This document shows positions 9,173 to 19,396 of a stretch of DNA of 64,000 bases, piece after piece. The stretch's first letter is position 1; every line of letters begins with the position of its first letter. The position numbers and the translations under genes are program-made. Source of the DNA: Armatimonadia bacterium (lineage in GTDB: Bacteria; Armatimonadota; Zipacnadia; Zipacnadales; UBA11051); contig JBDKRC010000196.1 in the NCBI GenBank assembly GCA_039683575.1, positions 23,720-87,719 of the forward strand. Reading direction: 5' to 3'. Under the pieces are notes generated by a model that saw nothing but the letters and a program-made list of their open reading frames with translations, searched no databases and was not told the DNA's origin.

Positions 9173-11139
9173 CAGGTCGGCTCCTCGGTAGGTGGATCAT
9201 CTTCGCGCTCTCCAGTGAACGGGCGCGCCTCGTGTAGCGCGTCCAGCAGGAACGCGTGAAGCTTGCGCGCCGCTGGTAGGTTCATTCCTTCGACGGCCGC
9301 GAGTTCCTCCACAGAGGCCTCGCTCATCGCCTGTATGGAGGGAAACGCACGGAACAACGCGGCCCGGCGGGTGTGGCCGATGCCGGAGACCATGTCCAGT
9401 TGAGAACGCGTAACGGTCCTGCTGCGCAGCCCCTCATGGTACGAATGCGCGAAGCGGTGGGCCTCGTCGCGAAGGCGCTGGAGGAGAAATCCGCCGCGTG
9501 GATGGCCTTCCATGTTCAGTGGCTCCGACGCCCCCGGCACGAAGACCTCCTCTTCCCTCTTCGCCAGCCCCACGAGTGCAATCTGCTCCATGCCTTCGTC
9601 TTCGAGCACCTTGGCGGCGGTGCTGACTTGTCCCTTGCCGCCGTCCACCAGGATCAGATCGGGCAGGGGCAGGAACTTCTCATCGCCGGCGGCACCACGA
9701 CGCAGGCGACGCCGGATCATCTCGGCCATCATCGCATAGTCGTCGGGCTTACCCTCGAGCCGGATCTTGAAGCGGCGGTAGTGCTTCTTGTCCGGCAGGC
9801 CGTCAGTGAAGACGACCATCGAGCCGACCGCCTCCTGGCCCTGCAGGTTTGAGATATCGTAGCATTCGATGCGGGCAGGCCGCTCATCCATTTCGAGCGT
9901 TTCCGCAAGGTCATTGAGCGCCGCGAGGTTCTCCCGCCGTTTGCGTCCCCGCTCTTCCTGCAGACGCACCAGGTTGAGCTTCGCGTTCTTGTCGGCCAGT
10001 TCCACCATCCGCCGCTTCTCCCCGCGCCTGGGAACGGCCATCTCGACCTTCCCCTCGCGCAGTTCCCCCAGCATCTTCTCCCACTGAGCCGTCTCGTCCA
10101 GCGGCTCAGGAAGCAGTATCTGCCGCGGAGGCGTCGCGTTCTGGCCGTAGTGCACCCCGAAGGCCGCCTCGATGACCTCAGCCGTAGTGCGACCCCGAAC
10201 GTGCGAGAAGCTCAGGTGCTCCGGCGCGAGTAGACGCCCCTGCCGCACCGGAAAGACATCCACCACCGCGAAGTCTTCCTCCATCGCCACCCCGATGACG
10301 TCCTGATCGCGCTCTTCAGCGTTGTTGATGAGTTGGTCTTCGCCCGCGGCGTCCAGCACCCGGATCTTGTCCCGCCACGCCGCGGCACGCTCAAAGTCCA
10401 ACTCTGCCGCTGCCGCTTCCATGCGCTCCTGGAACTGCTTTTTGACGTCTTCGGTGCGACCCTCGAGTAGCAGGATGACCTGATCCACTACCTGGTCATA
10501 CTCAGCGGCGCTAATCTCCCCTCGGCAGGGCCCGACGCAGCGCTTGATGTGGTAGTTGAGGCACGGCCGCGTGGGCTTGGAGGGATCAAGAGCCCGCCTG
10601 CAGTGCCGGAGGCCAAACACCTGGCCGGCGATGTCGCGCATGCGCCACATGATGCTGGCTTGCGGGTACGGCCCGAATATCAGGCCGTCACGCATGCCAT
10701 ACACTTCGTGGCGCCGCGGGTCATGCAGCCCCCGGCGCAGCTTCCCGCGCCCACCAGGAATCCGCACCCGTGCATCTTTGGGAAGGTCTCGAACGACTAT
10801 CAGGCGGGGGAACAGCTCGTTGGTCAGCTTCAGGTAGGGATAGCTCTTGTCGTCGGCGAGGCGGATGTTGTAAAGGGGCTTGTGTTCCTTGATGAGGTTG
10901 GATTCGAGCAGCAGGGCTTCCATCTCGCTGCGAGTAACGATCCAGTCTACATCACGCGCCCGCTCGTGCATGACCTCTGCCCAGCCGCCGACACTGTCGC
11001 CACGAAAGTGCTGCAGCAGACGGTTACGCAGATCGCCTGCTTTGCCCACGTAGATGGGTTTGCCGTCGTCATCCTTGAATATGTAGGCTCCCGGCTCGTG
11101 CGGGGAGGCCTTGATCTTGTGTTCGAGAGACTGGTCCAT
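9172..11139 (-). CDS. uvrC: Excinuclease ABC subunit C
   Basis: GAYIF..IYVGKA GIY-YIG, YNIRLADDKSYPY, Cys cluster, RIECYDISN, LILVDGGKGQ, LRDEAHRFA, C-terminal HhH. Confidence 0.97.
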   Translation of the reverse strand: MDQSLEHKIKASPHEPGAYIFKDDDGKPIYVGKAGDLRNRLLQHFRGDSVGGWAEVMHERARDVDWIVTRSEMEALLLESNLIKEHKPLYNIRLADDKSYPYLKLTNELFPRLIVVRDLPKDARVRIPGGRGKLRRGLHDPRRHEVYGMRDGLIFGPYPQASIMWRMRDIAGQVFGLRHCRRALDPSKPTRPCLNYHIKRCVGPCRGEISAAEYDQVVDQVILLLEGRTEDVKKQFQERMEAAAAELDFERAAAWRDKIRVLDAAGEDQLINNAEERDQDVIGVAMEEDFAVVDVFPVRQGRLLAPEHLSFSHVRGRTTAEVIEAAFGVHYGQNATPPRQILLPEPLDETAQWEKMLGELREGKVEMAVPRRGEKRRMVELADKNAKLNLVRLQEERGRKRRENLAALNDLAETLEMDERPARIECYDISNLQGQEAVGSMVVFTDGLPDKKHYRRFKIRLEGKPDDYAMMAEMIRRRLRRGAAGDEKFLPLPDLILVDGGKGQVSTAAKVLEDEGMEQIALVGLAKREEEVFVPGASEPLNMEGHPRGGFLLQRLRDEAHRFAHSYHEGLRSRTVTRSQLDMVSGIGHTRRAALFRAFPSIQAMSEASVEELAAVEGMNLPAARKLHAFLLDALHEARPFTGEREDDPPTEEPT

Positions 11140-11149
11140 CGTGGTTGTG

Positions 11150-13132
11150 CTAACTTGCCAGAAGCTGCCTTAGCTCCTTGATCTCATCCCTCAGTTCGGC
11201 TGCTCGCTCGAAGTCGAGATCGGCCGCCGCGGTCTTCATCTCCGTCTCCAGCGCGCCAATGACATGCTCAAGATCGTCCGAATCGAGCCTGTTCGCAATA
11301 TCCTCGCCAATGAACCGCCGGGCCGCTTCCTGAACTTCCTGGGTTGCGCGCACCGTCTCGCGCACCCCCTTCTTCACCGTCTGGGGTATGATACCATGCT
11401 CTACATTATACGCGTGCTGCTTGATCCGGCGACGCTCAACCTCACCGAGTGCCGCCTTCATGGCCGCCGTAATACGGTCGGCGTACATGATGACCTTGCC
11501 CTCAACATGACGTGACGCGCGTCCCATGGTCTGCACGAGCGACGTCTCGGACCGCAGGAAACCTTCCTTGTCAGCATCCAGGATGGCCACAAGTGTCACT
11601 TCAGGCAGATCAAGGCCCTCCCGAAGGAGGTTTATGCCCACAAGCACATCATACTCGCCCAGACGCAGGTTACGCAGTAGCTCCTGACGATCCAAAGTCT
11701 CCACATCGGAGTGCAGATAGTGCACCCGCACCCCAAGCTCCGCGAGATAGTCCGTCAGGTCCTCGGCCATGCGTTTGGTCAGGGTGGTGACCAGCACCCG
11801 CTGCTCCTTGGCCACGCGAGCATTGATCTCAGCCACCAGATCGTCAATCTGCCCATCGGTCGGGCGCACGTCGACCTCAGGATCGAGAAGCCCTGTAGGC
11901 CGAACCACGCACTCCACGATTTGTGTCGCCCGTTGCAGTTCATAGGGGCCCGGTGTGGCGGAGAGGTAGATCACCTGACTGATGCGCTCTTCCCATTCCT
12001 TGAAGGTGAGTGGCCGGTTGTCCAGCGCCGAGGGCAGTCTGAAGCCATATTCGACGAGGTTCTCCTTGCGCGATCGATCCCCCGAGTACATCGCCCGCAA
12101 TTGCGGGATGGTCTGGTGCGACTCATCCACGATGACCAGGAAGTCCTGCGGAAAGTAATCGAGCAGGGTATATGGCGGCTGTCCTGCCACGCGTCCGTCC
12201 ATGTGCCGCGAGTAGTTTTCGATGCCTTGGCAGTACCCGATCTCGCGGATCATCTCCATGTCGTACCGCGTGCGCTGCTCCAGGCGCTGTGCTTCGAGCA
12301 GTTTGCCGCGCTTGTGTAGCTCGGCAAGACGCTCGTTGAGTTCCTCTTCGATGGTCTGCAACGCGCGATCAAGTCGCTCGCGAGAGGCAACGAAGTGGGT
12401 AGCCGGGTATACCGTCAGGCGGTCCTTGCCCTCCATCACCTCGCCGGTTAGCTGGTCGACCAGCACGATGCGCTCGATCTCGTCACCAAACAGCTCCAGC
12501 CGGATGATCAGGTCCTGCTCCACGGGGTGGATTTCGATGACTTCCCCGCGCGCGCGGAACGTGCCGCGGTCCAGGGCGATGTCATTGCGGGAGAACTGCA
12601 TCTTGACTAACTGGCGGAGAATGGCGTCGCGCTCAATCTCCTGGCCACGCCGCACATTCAGCACTATCTCCTGGTACTGCTCCGGCGAACCCAGGCCGAA
12701 GATGCACGAAACCGAGGCAACCACGATCGTGTCCTTGCGCTCGCGCAACGCCTGGGTGGCCGAGTGGCGCAGACGATCGATCTCCTCGTTGATCTGCGAG
12801 TCCTTCTCGATATAAGTGTCAGTCTGCGGCAGGTAGGCTTCCGGCTGGTAGTAATCGTAGTAGCTGACGAAGTACTCGCAGGCGTTATTGGGGAAGAACT
12901 CCTTGAACTCCATCGCCAACTGGCCTGCCAGCGTCTTGTTGTGAGCCAGCACCAGCGTCGGCCGCTGCACCTTCTCCACAACGTTGGCGACCATGTAGGT
13001 CTTGCCAGAGCCTGTGACGCCAAGCAGCACTTGCTCCTTATCGCCGCGCATGACGCCCGCAGACAGCCCTGCAATGGCCTGCGGCTGGTCGCCGCGAGGC
13101 TCGTATTCGGATATGATCTCAAACTCAGGCAC
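11150..13132 (-). CDS. uvrB: Excinuclease ABC subunit B
   Basis: [62 protein letters not shown]; start GTG 13132 with GGAG SD. Confidence 0.98.
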   Translation of the reverse strand: MPEFEIISEYEPRGDQPQAIAGLSAGVMRGDKEQVLLGVTGSGKTYMVANVVEKVQRPTLVLAHNKTLAGQLAMEFKEFFPNNACEYFVSYYDYYQPEAYLPQTDTYIEKDSQINEEIDRLRHSATQALRERKDTIVVASVSCIFGLGSPEQYQEIVLNVRRGQEIERDAILRQLVKMQFSRNDIALDRGTFRARGEVIEIHPVEQDLIIRLELFGDEIERIVLVDQLTGEVMEGKDRLTVYPATHFVASRERLDRALQTIEEELNERLAELHKRGKLLEAQRLEQRTRYDMEMIREIGYCQGIENYSRHMDGRVAGQPPYTLLDYFPQDFLVIVDESHQTIPQLRAMYSGDRSRKENLVEYGFRLPSALDNRPLTFKEWEERISQVIYLSATPGPYELQRATQIVECVVRPTGLLDPEVDVRPTDGQIDDLVAEINARVAKEQRVLVTTLTKRMAEDLTDYLAELGVRVHYLHSDVETLDRQELLRNLRLGEYDVLVGINLLREGLDLPEVTLVAILDADKEGFLRSETSLVQTMGRASRHVEGKVIMYADRITAAMKAALGEVERRRIKQHAYNVEHGIIPQTVKKGVRETVRATQEVQEAARRFIGEDIANRLDSDDLEHVIGALETEMKTAAADLDFERAAELRDEIKELRQLLAS

Positions 13133-13227
13133 TGTAGATGCTCCCGTGCGCCTGATGCCCCTCAGGCGCGAGCCGGCAATGCATACGTACACATCAGCTG
13201 TAGTAGCCGTGTGTATGGCAGCCGCAT

Positions 13228-13252
13228 ATTATACCATACAAACAAATGTTTG
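13228..13252 (-). promoter_or_regulatory. uvrB extended -10 promoter with adjacent LexA/SOS-box-like palindrome
   Basis: Minus-strand TGGTATAAT at 13236-13228. Inverted repeat CAAACA-AA-TGTTTG at 13239-13252 resembles the Gram-positive CGAAC-N4-GTTCG box. Confidence 0.65.
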
Positions 13253-13264
13253 GGGAGAGGCGCG

Positions 13265-15214
13265 CTATTTCAGCCCAAATCCGCCCAGGCTGATGGAGAA
13301 ACGCTGCGTGTCAGTGGAGTAGACGAGGTTGATCTCGCGTGACCCGAATAGGCGCCCGAGCGAGAGTTCCAGGTCTTGGTACTGCGAGTTCTCGAGATCG
13401 TAGTACGTACCAGTCAGGCCCCAGCGCCACTTTGGGTCCATGTGATAGTCCAGAGTGGCGTAGCCGTACAGACCTGAAGTGGTGAGGTCATAGGTACTTG
13501 ATAGGTAGGCATTCCACTTGCTGCCATAGGCCCGTGCATCGAACCCGAAGACGTGGTTCCAGCCCTCGTCATCAGCGTCTCCGTGCCGCAACTCGGCGCT
13601 ATAGTCAAACCCGAAATGCAGCTTGCGGCTCGCCTTGTGGTCCAGACGCAAGTCGGCGCGAAGGCTGTTTTCGGCATATCCCCCCGTGTCCCACGAGTAC
13701 ACGTTGCTGATCGACGGCTGCAGGGTAGTAGCCTTCCCCCAGGAGCGTTCGCCGAGGCTCAGTTCCGAGAACAGTTCGTTGGCAAAGACAACGCCCTCAT
13801 CGGCCGCATACTGCCGCACGCCGACGGAGGTGCCAAGCCGATAGGCAAGATTGTGGCCACCTATCCGATTGGGCTCGGCGAGCCAGTCGGCAAGGGCGCC
13901 CCAAGACTGCTCATAGTCATCGGGACCGTCATAGTACCCCCGGAGGCTCAGACGCCCCCGGTCACTGTACCGCATTATATTCGCGTCGCTGTAGATACTC
14001 TTGTGGTCCGGCAGGGCCAGATCGAAATATCCGGAACCGTCACCGAACATCGGCCTGGAATCCCGCCACTCGAGGCCCCAGTCAGGCTTGGTCAGCCCCG
14101 AGACTTCCACAGTGCCTTCGGCACCGCCCGCCGACCTGTACTCCTCAGCGATGGCCAGTGACCACCCGTCCCGTGAGGTAAAGGAACTGGAGCGCGCGCC
14201 ACGCTGGATCTTTATCGCGCCGGTAGCGCGGTCTGTCACACGATAGAAAAAGGGGAAGTCGATCGCCACGTCGCCTTCGGAGGTTACGCCCAGCGCCTGC
14301 GTATTGCTGGCGCCGCTATACCCTGGCAACCCGATGATCCAGTATGGGGGAAAAGTGAAGATCTTCTGCTCCTGCACCCACAGCGCGGCGTGCTTGAGCA
14401 CGACCTTCTCATTCACAAAGAGGCTGATACTCTTGGCAACGAGCCAGCTGTCTGCCTCGCCTTTGTTCATTTTGAACGCGTCGGTAGGTACATCCCATTC
14501 CGTGGTCAGCGGCCGCAAGCCAACCAGATCGAAGTACACCCGCTCAAGGCGCTCCTCGCCGAAGCGGCGCACGATGCCACGCCGGCTGATCAGGTCAAGG
14601 AATACGTCCTCGCCTTTGAGTTGCTGGTCACCACGACGTATGATGACATCCTGAGCCTTGATCGTCAGGTTTTCGACGTTGACCTGCAACATCCCCCCGC
14701 ATTCCAGCACGAGCTTCCCAAACCTGAGCTTAGCGCAGTCACGAGCCTCGATGGCCCCGGCGTCGAGATTGTAGCCGACCCATCCCCCCGTGATGTCCAC
14801 CACACGGGCTTCGCCCTGGGCAGCTTCACCTTCAGGCAGGAAGTCAACATATGCCACAGCGCGACTGTCTGCGGCCTGAATCGTAACGGTTGCGGTGCCG
14901 GGGGTGGTGCTGGTGACGAGGATGATGGCGAATCCGCCGGAGGTACGACCAGTAAGGGAGTCTTGCCTACCCACGCTGCTAAAGCTCAGCAAGCCCAGAT
15001 CAGTGTGGGCGACAAACTGCGTGCCATCAGGAACGCTGTGCCCTCGCTCATCGCGCATCTCAACCCGCAGGCGAGCCTGACTTTGTCCATCAGCAGGCAC
15101 TTGGCGAGGAGTGACCGACACGTTGACACGGTAGGTCCCTGCACGCTCAAGTTGAGCCCACGCAACGGAAATAAGGAGGCTGCCGAGGGTGAGCAGGGCC
15201 AGAATGCGTTTCAC
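13265..15214 (-). CDS. Exported protein: invasin-type Ig (Big_1) domain + LptD-like jellyroll and putative outer-membrane beta-barrel
   Basis: Signal peptide MKRILALLTLGSLLISVAWA. PADGQSQ..D..G..VPDGT..PGTATVT (Big_1-like). WLVAKSISLFVNEKVVLKHAALWV..KIFTFPPYW resembles the LptD jellyroll end. Alternating aromatic-rich beta strands continue to the C-terminus (..QRFSISLGGFGLK). Confidence 0.6.
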   Translation of the reverse strand: MKRILALLTLGSLLISVAWAQLERAGTYRVNVSVTPRQVPADGQSQARLRVEMRDERGHSVPDGTQFVAHTDLGLLSFSSVGRQDSLTGRTSGGFAIILVTSTTPGTATVTIQAADSRAVAYVDFLPEGEAAQGEARVVDITGGWVGYNLDAGAIEARDCAKLRFGKLVLECGGMLQVNVENLTIKAQDVIIRRGDQQLKGEDVFLDLISRRGIVRRFGEERLERVYFDLVGLRPLTTEWDVPTDAFKMNKGEADSWLVAKSISLFVNEKVVLKHAALWVQEQKIFTFPPYWIIGLPGYSGASNTQALGVTSEGDVAIDFPFFYRVTDRATGAIKIQRGARSSSFTSRDGWSLAIAEEYRSAGGAEGTVEVSGLTKPDWGLEWRDSRPMFGDGSGYFDLALPDHKSIYSDANIMRYSDRGRLSLRGYYDGPDDYEQSWGALADWLAEPNRIGGHNLAYRLGTSVGVRQYAADEGVVFANELFSELSLGERSWGKATTLQPSISNVYSWDTGGYAENSLRADLRLDHKASRKLHFGFDYSAELRHGDADDEGWNHVFGFDARAYGSKWNAYLSSTYDLTTSGLYGYATLDYHMDPKWRWGLTGTYYDLENSQYQDLELSLGRLFGSREINLVYSTDTQRFSISLGGFGLK

Positions 15215-15319
15215 TACAGATGGTTACTCCGCGGCGGTGTCGTTAGCAGGACGCCCTCGCCAGCCCTGCAACAGAGCTTGGCGAGGGCGATGGTTGCGCG
15301 TGTGGGGCTACGCCTGACG

Positions 15320-16384
15320 CTATGCTTCCGCGTCGATTGCGGCCGAGATGGCCGCCGGGGAGACGGCGCCGCTCGTGTAGATGACGAAGATGCGGTACTG
15401 ATAGGTGTTGGTGCCTGTCAGCAGGTCGTCATCGTTCAAGAAGGTGCGACCGGCACCGACTGAACCGCGGTCGATACGCGTGAACGAGCCGCCGTTCACC
15501 GCCCGCTCGATCCGGTAGCGTTGGACCGTGAGTGTCGTTCCGGTTGGCTCCTGCCAACTCAACCGGATCGTACCGTCCAGGTCCTGGACGCGTACGTTGG
15601 TCACGGGGAGCGCGTTGGGATTGACGCCAGTGTCTCCGCCGCTGTTACCACTGTTGACTGCCACGAGAAGCCCCACCAGAAGGGCTCCCAGCAGCACGTA
15701 CTTGTAGCCCTTACTGCCGGTCTTCTTGGCTTTGGCTATCTCAACAACGTCAGCACGACCGGAGAGGGTGGCCGCTGCTTTTGACGCGGCGTTGCGGATT
15801 GCTTCCTGAACCAGGACGGCCTCAGATCCGGTATAACGGGCGCGAGGCGTGCTCGCTCCTGAAACACCGAATGCCCGCAGCACCTTCGGCTCAGCTATGG
15901 GCTCGTCAGTGGTTGGATTGAGGTTGGCCGCCACATCGTACATCTGCCCCGCCAGGATCAATTCGACCGAGACCGGGTCCGACTTGCGTGTGAAGGACTG
16001 AATGGTGGACATGACGATGTAGTCGGCGTCAAGGGCATGGCCAATGCTGAGGGCCGTGGCCAGATCGGCGGTCCCTTCCTCTACATCCACCTGACGGATG
16101 CGGCCTTCCCCGACTGCCCGCCTTACGCTGGGCGAAGTGGGCGAGAACTGCAGCGCGTCCATCCCCGGCGTGTCATCGATTGCCATCGTGAGAGCGCCGA
16201 GAGCCCGCTGGCCAGCGTCACTTGGGACGCCCTCGGCAGCCACTGCCACCGGGAACACCAACACGGTCTTGTGGTCTTGCGCAAAAGCCATGCCTGCCCC
16301 AAGCGGCGATACAGTGGCCAGTACTAGCATAGCCAAAGCCAGGCAGATTCTGCGACTCAAGTAGTGCGAACGGATTGCCTTCAT
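15320..16384 (-). CDS. Exported protein: CsgG/TolB_N-like alpha/beta domain, internal hydrophobic helix, C-terminal FN3
   Basis: Signal peptide; TVLVFPV...ALSIGHALDADYIVMSTI; KAKKTGSKGYKYVLLGALLVGLLVAV; IRLSWQEP...YRIERAVNGGSF...YQYRIFV (FN3). Start ATG 16384 after GGAG. Confidence 0.6.
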   Translation of the reverse strand: MKAIRSHYLSRRICLALAMLVLATVSPLGAGMAFAQDHKTVLVFPVAVAAEGVPSDAGQRALGALTMAIDDTPGMDALQFSPTSPSVRRAVGEGRIRQVDVEEGTADLATALSIGHALDADYIVMSTIQSFTRKSDPVSVELILAGQMYDVAANLNPTTDEPIAEPKVLRAFGVSGASTPRARYTGSEAVLVQEAIRNAASKAAATLSGRADVVEIAKAKKTGSKGYKYVLLGALLVGLLVAVNSGNSGGDTGVNPNALPVTNVRVQDLDGTIRLSWQEPTGTTLTVQRYRIERAVNGGSFTRIDRGSVGAGRTFLNDDDLLTGTNTYQYRIFVIYTSGAVSPAAISAAIDAEA

Positions 16385-16492
16385 GCTTGTTACTCCCTCC
16401 ACGGGCGCTGGGCACCAGGCCCATGCGGATCGACACAGACGATTACATCGAACGGCTGAAGCCCTTGTAGCAGCCCAACGCGACGGCTGCCC

Positions 16493-19354
16493 CTAACGAC
16501 TAATCTGCAGCGGCTGAACCACAGTGACCGCCTGCCCAGTCTCTTGCGACTTGGCCACGATCTCACAGAGGTACCGGCCGCTCGGGACCTTGTTTCCGCG
16601 GTTGCTGCGACCGCTCCACAGAACGGTATTCTGACCGGCAGTCGAAGCGCGGTTGGCCGCAACCTGCCCGACGACGATCCCCGATATGTTGCGGATGCGA
16701 ATGTCAACCGCAGCGTCGGCGCTCAGCGAGTAGCTGATGGCTGCTCCGCCCTGCGCGCTCTGAGTGGCAACCACCGAGCTCACCGCGAGGGCATTGGCCC
16801 CGCGTGGCTGCACCACGATCCGCAGGGCCCGCTCAGTCGCCTGAGTGCCGGTACGGAAGGTATAGGAGCTCGTGGTGCGCATGTAGCGCCGGTCACCGGT
16901 AGCCTCGTCGACCAGGGTGGCGATCAGGCTCGACGGCAGCGTCGACAGGTTCGGCCACGTTACAGTCGCAGTGCTGTTTGCGGCGTTAGTCTTGACGATC
17001 AGATTCCATTCCTGCCGCTCCTGGCCCGCGCTGCGCACGTCCATCAGGTATGGCATACCAAGCGCGCTTGAGCCCGAGTAGAAGGCGGACTTCAGATATA
17101 CGCTCTCTTGCTTGATGCTTGCGGGCGGCTGAGGCACGTCATAGCGGTCCAGACCAGCCACCGCATTCTTCTTTACCGCCGCACTCTGAGTCACGAGCGG
17201 CAATCCCGAAATGCCCACCTGTACATCGAATTCCCAGCCGTCTTTCTCTGCAGCCTTTGGCTGCGGTGCGCCTGTCTCGGCCTCGGCCGGACTGTACTGG
17301 TTGGGCGGCTGGAACATCAGCGTGCAACTCTGGCGAGCAAGTACCCAGTAGCCCATGTACGGGTCGAGATAGGTATCTGCCGGCGTTGCTTCCCAGGTGT
17401 ATTGATTCGTCTCCGGATCGTACGCATAGACGGTGGAAAGCAGCATGTTCCGCGCTACCGCTTCGTCGAGTGACCAGTCGCCGCCGCTCTGCCCCGCCAC
17501 GCGTACCTCATCGAGGCGCACGCCAGTGGTAAACGGATTACCAATCTGGTTCCAGCCGGGCAGTAGGTCCACGTTGTACGCGATCGAGCTATCCACTGGC
17601 TCGGCCCCTGCGGGCATGTAGACGGGCTCACGGTTGCGGTTCAGGAGCCAGTAGCCGGCGCCGGGCACGATGGCCGTGACGTAAGGGTCAGGGAACCAGC
17701 GGTACTGATTGCCCTGAGGGTCGTAACGAATGAGCGAGGCAGGACCGCCGGCCAACAACGAGCCAAGGCTCTGGAAGACGGTTTCAGCATCGTTATCCGG
17801 GAACTCGTAGGGTACCGAGACCATCTCCAGACCCAGGTCCGCGTTCGGCAGCGGGTTGAGCACGGGGATAGCCGGGATATTGATGGTCCGGCTGACGACT
17901 TTGCCGCGCGGGCCCGTGAAGCGCACCTCCGCATGCCCGGGGCGAGCCGCTGTAGCGACGACCTTCCAGTCGAGGTTCTTGATCTCATTGCGCTGAATGA
18001 TCCCGGCATTCTTTGCCAGCGATTCTCCGGGCGCCAGCTCCAAGCCCACCGGCAAGCGCACGCGCACGCTTGCATCATACAGCGGAGAGCTGCCGAAGTT
18101 GTCCATGTAGGCTGCCAGCTTGAACGGCGAGTTGCCGTCTTGGTCGACTAGGTCATGCGCCTCATTTTCCGAAGTAGCCGGGTCGTCCTCACCCGCCTGC
18201 AGTGAGTACGGCGCATATGCCATGAAAGCGTATGGGGACGTGTAATCGGCGGCCGATGAGCCGAGCCCATAGTAGGTCACATAGCGCCGCGAGAGCCCGG
18301 GTCCGAGGTCGCGCGGCTGCCAGGACACTGCATAGGCCCAGTCTTCGTCGATTATCGACGCCTGGGTATTCGGGGTGAAGTAGTACTGCTGATCGGCGCC
18401 CATGTTCCGCATCTGGCCAAAGGAGATGCTATCGGGCGGACCGGCGGCGTAGTTGGCGATGCCGGCGTTGTCAACTTCGCTGCCGGTAAGCACGCCACGC
18501 AATACAACGTTCGGAGCCTGCGCGTTGTCGTAGGCGACCCAGCTATCGGGCAACAACTGATTCGTGCTTCCGACAGAGGGGATAGTCGTCTCTGTAGTGA
18601 TGACGCTCTTGTCGGGGAGGATAATCGCGCGGCCGTCGTACTGGCTCTGCCCGAAGGTAGCGTCTATCAATGTCCGCAGCCCAACCTGGTGGGTCGCGGA
18701 GGTCGTGTTGGTGACGATGTACTCGAACTGAACGGTGTCGCCAAGGACGGTGGTTACCTGCCGAACCTGGATCCAGTCCGTGACCTCATCCAAATCGGCT
18801 TGACTGGCCGGCACGCGGAAGACGCCCGAGACGTCTCGGCTGCCATTGGTCAGGACTGAGGGCCACAGGCTCAGGAGATTGGAGATTTCCTCAACGAAGC
18901 CCAACTCCTCAGCCAGAAAGTGCGGGTCAAAGATGCCACCCACGTCGGGGTCTGCCTCATTGCTGTCCACCGCAATGGAGACCTTACTCGTGTAGTAGTA
19001 GCCGACGTCATCATCTTCGTATTGGGCGACGTTGCTCGCAATGACCTTATCCTCGTCGTTGGCGTGTGTGGGATTGCCACCGACAGGACTTTCGGTCGCA
19101 GTTCGGATCTGCACCCGGCCAGCTGGCTGGTACATGTAGTCGGTATCGGTAGCCGACACCGCGTTCCTGATCACACCAGGGTATTCCGCCCGAAGCTTGA
19201 TCAGGGCGCGCGAAAAGGTGGGCACTTCGGCCGTCGTGAAGTTGGGCGCCAGTCTGGCCTGAGCCCACACAATGCCAAGTGCCACGGTCGCTAAGGCTAA
19301 AGCGCCTACAGTGACGCGTATCGCTGCCGATCTCCGATTACTGTTGCGATCCAA
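16493..19354 (-). CDS. Large exported protein (unknown beta-rich N-terminus) with shared C-terminal module and FlgD-type Ig domain
   Basis: Signal peptide; C-terminal GWNQIGNP, LDPYMGYW, YMRTTSSYTF, NISG..WSGRSNRGNKVPSGRYL shared with two neighbours. Confidence 0.7.
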   Translation of the reverse strand: MDRNSNRRSAAIRVTVGALALATVALGIVWAQARLAPNFTTAEVPTFSRALIKLRAEYPGVIRNAVSATDTDYMYQPAGRVQIRTATESPVGGNPTHANDEDKVIASNVAQYEDDDVGYYYTSKVSIAVDSNEADPDVGGIFDPHFLAEELGFVEEISNLLSLWPSVLTNGSRDVSGVFRVPASQADLDEVTDWIQVRQVTTVLGDTVQFEYIVTNTTSATHQVGLRTLIDATFGQSQYDGRAIILPDKSVITTETTIPSVGSTNQLLPDSWVAYDNAQAPNVVLRGVLTGSEVDNAGIANYAAGPPDSISFGQMRNMGADQQYYFTPNTQASIIDEDWAYAVSWQPRDLGPGLSRRYVTYYGLGSSAADYTSPYAFMAYAPYSLQAGEDDPATSENEAHDLVDQDGNSPFKLAAYMDNFGSSPLYDASVRVRLPVGLELAPGESLAKNAGIIQRNEIKNLDWKVVATAARPGHAEVRFTGPRGKVVSRTINIPAIPVLNPLPNADLGLEMVSVPYEFPDNDAETVFQSLGSLLAGGPASLIRYDPQGNQYRWFPDPYVTAIVPGAGYWLLNRNREPVYMPAGAEPVDSSIAYNVDLLPGWNQIGNPFTTGVRLDEVRVAGQSGGDWSLDEAVARNMLLSTVYAYDPETNQYTWEATPADTYLDPYMGYWVLARQSCTLMFQPPNQYSPAEAETGAPQPKAAEKDGWEFDVQVGISGLPLVTQSAAVKKNAVAGLDRYDVPQPPASIKQESVYLKSAFYSGSSALGMPYLMDVRSAGQERQEWNLIVKTNAANSTATVTWPNLSTLPSSLIATLVDEATGDRRYMRTTSSYTFRTGTQATERALRIVVQPRGANALAVSSVVATQSAQGGAAISYSLSADAAVDIRIRNISGIVVGQVAANRASTAGQNTVLWSGRSNRGNKVPSGRYLCEIVAKSQETGQAVTVVQPLQISR

Positions 19355-19396
19355 TACTGTCAGCTCCTCTCTACGTCGGACGGGGTGCCTGTGCAG

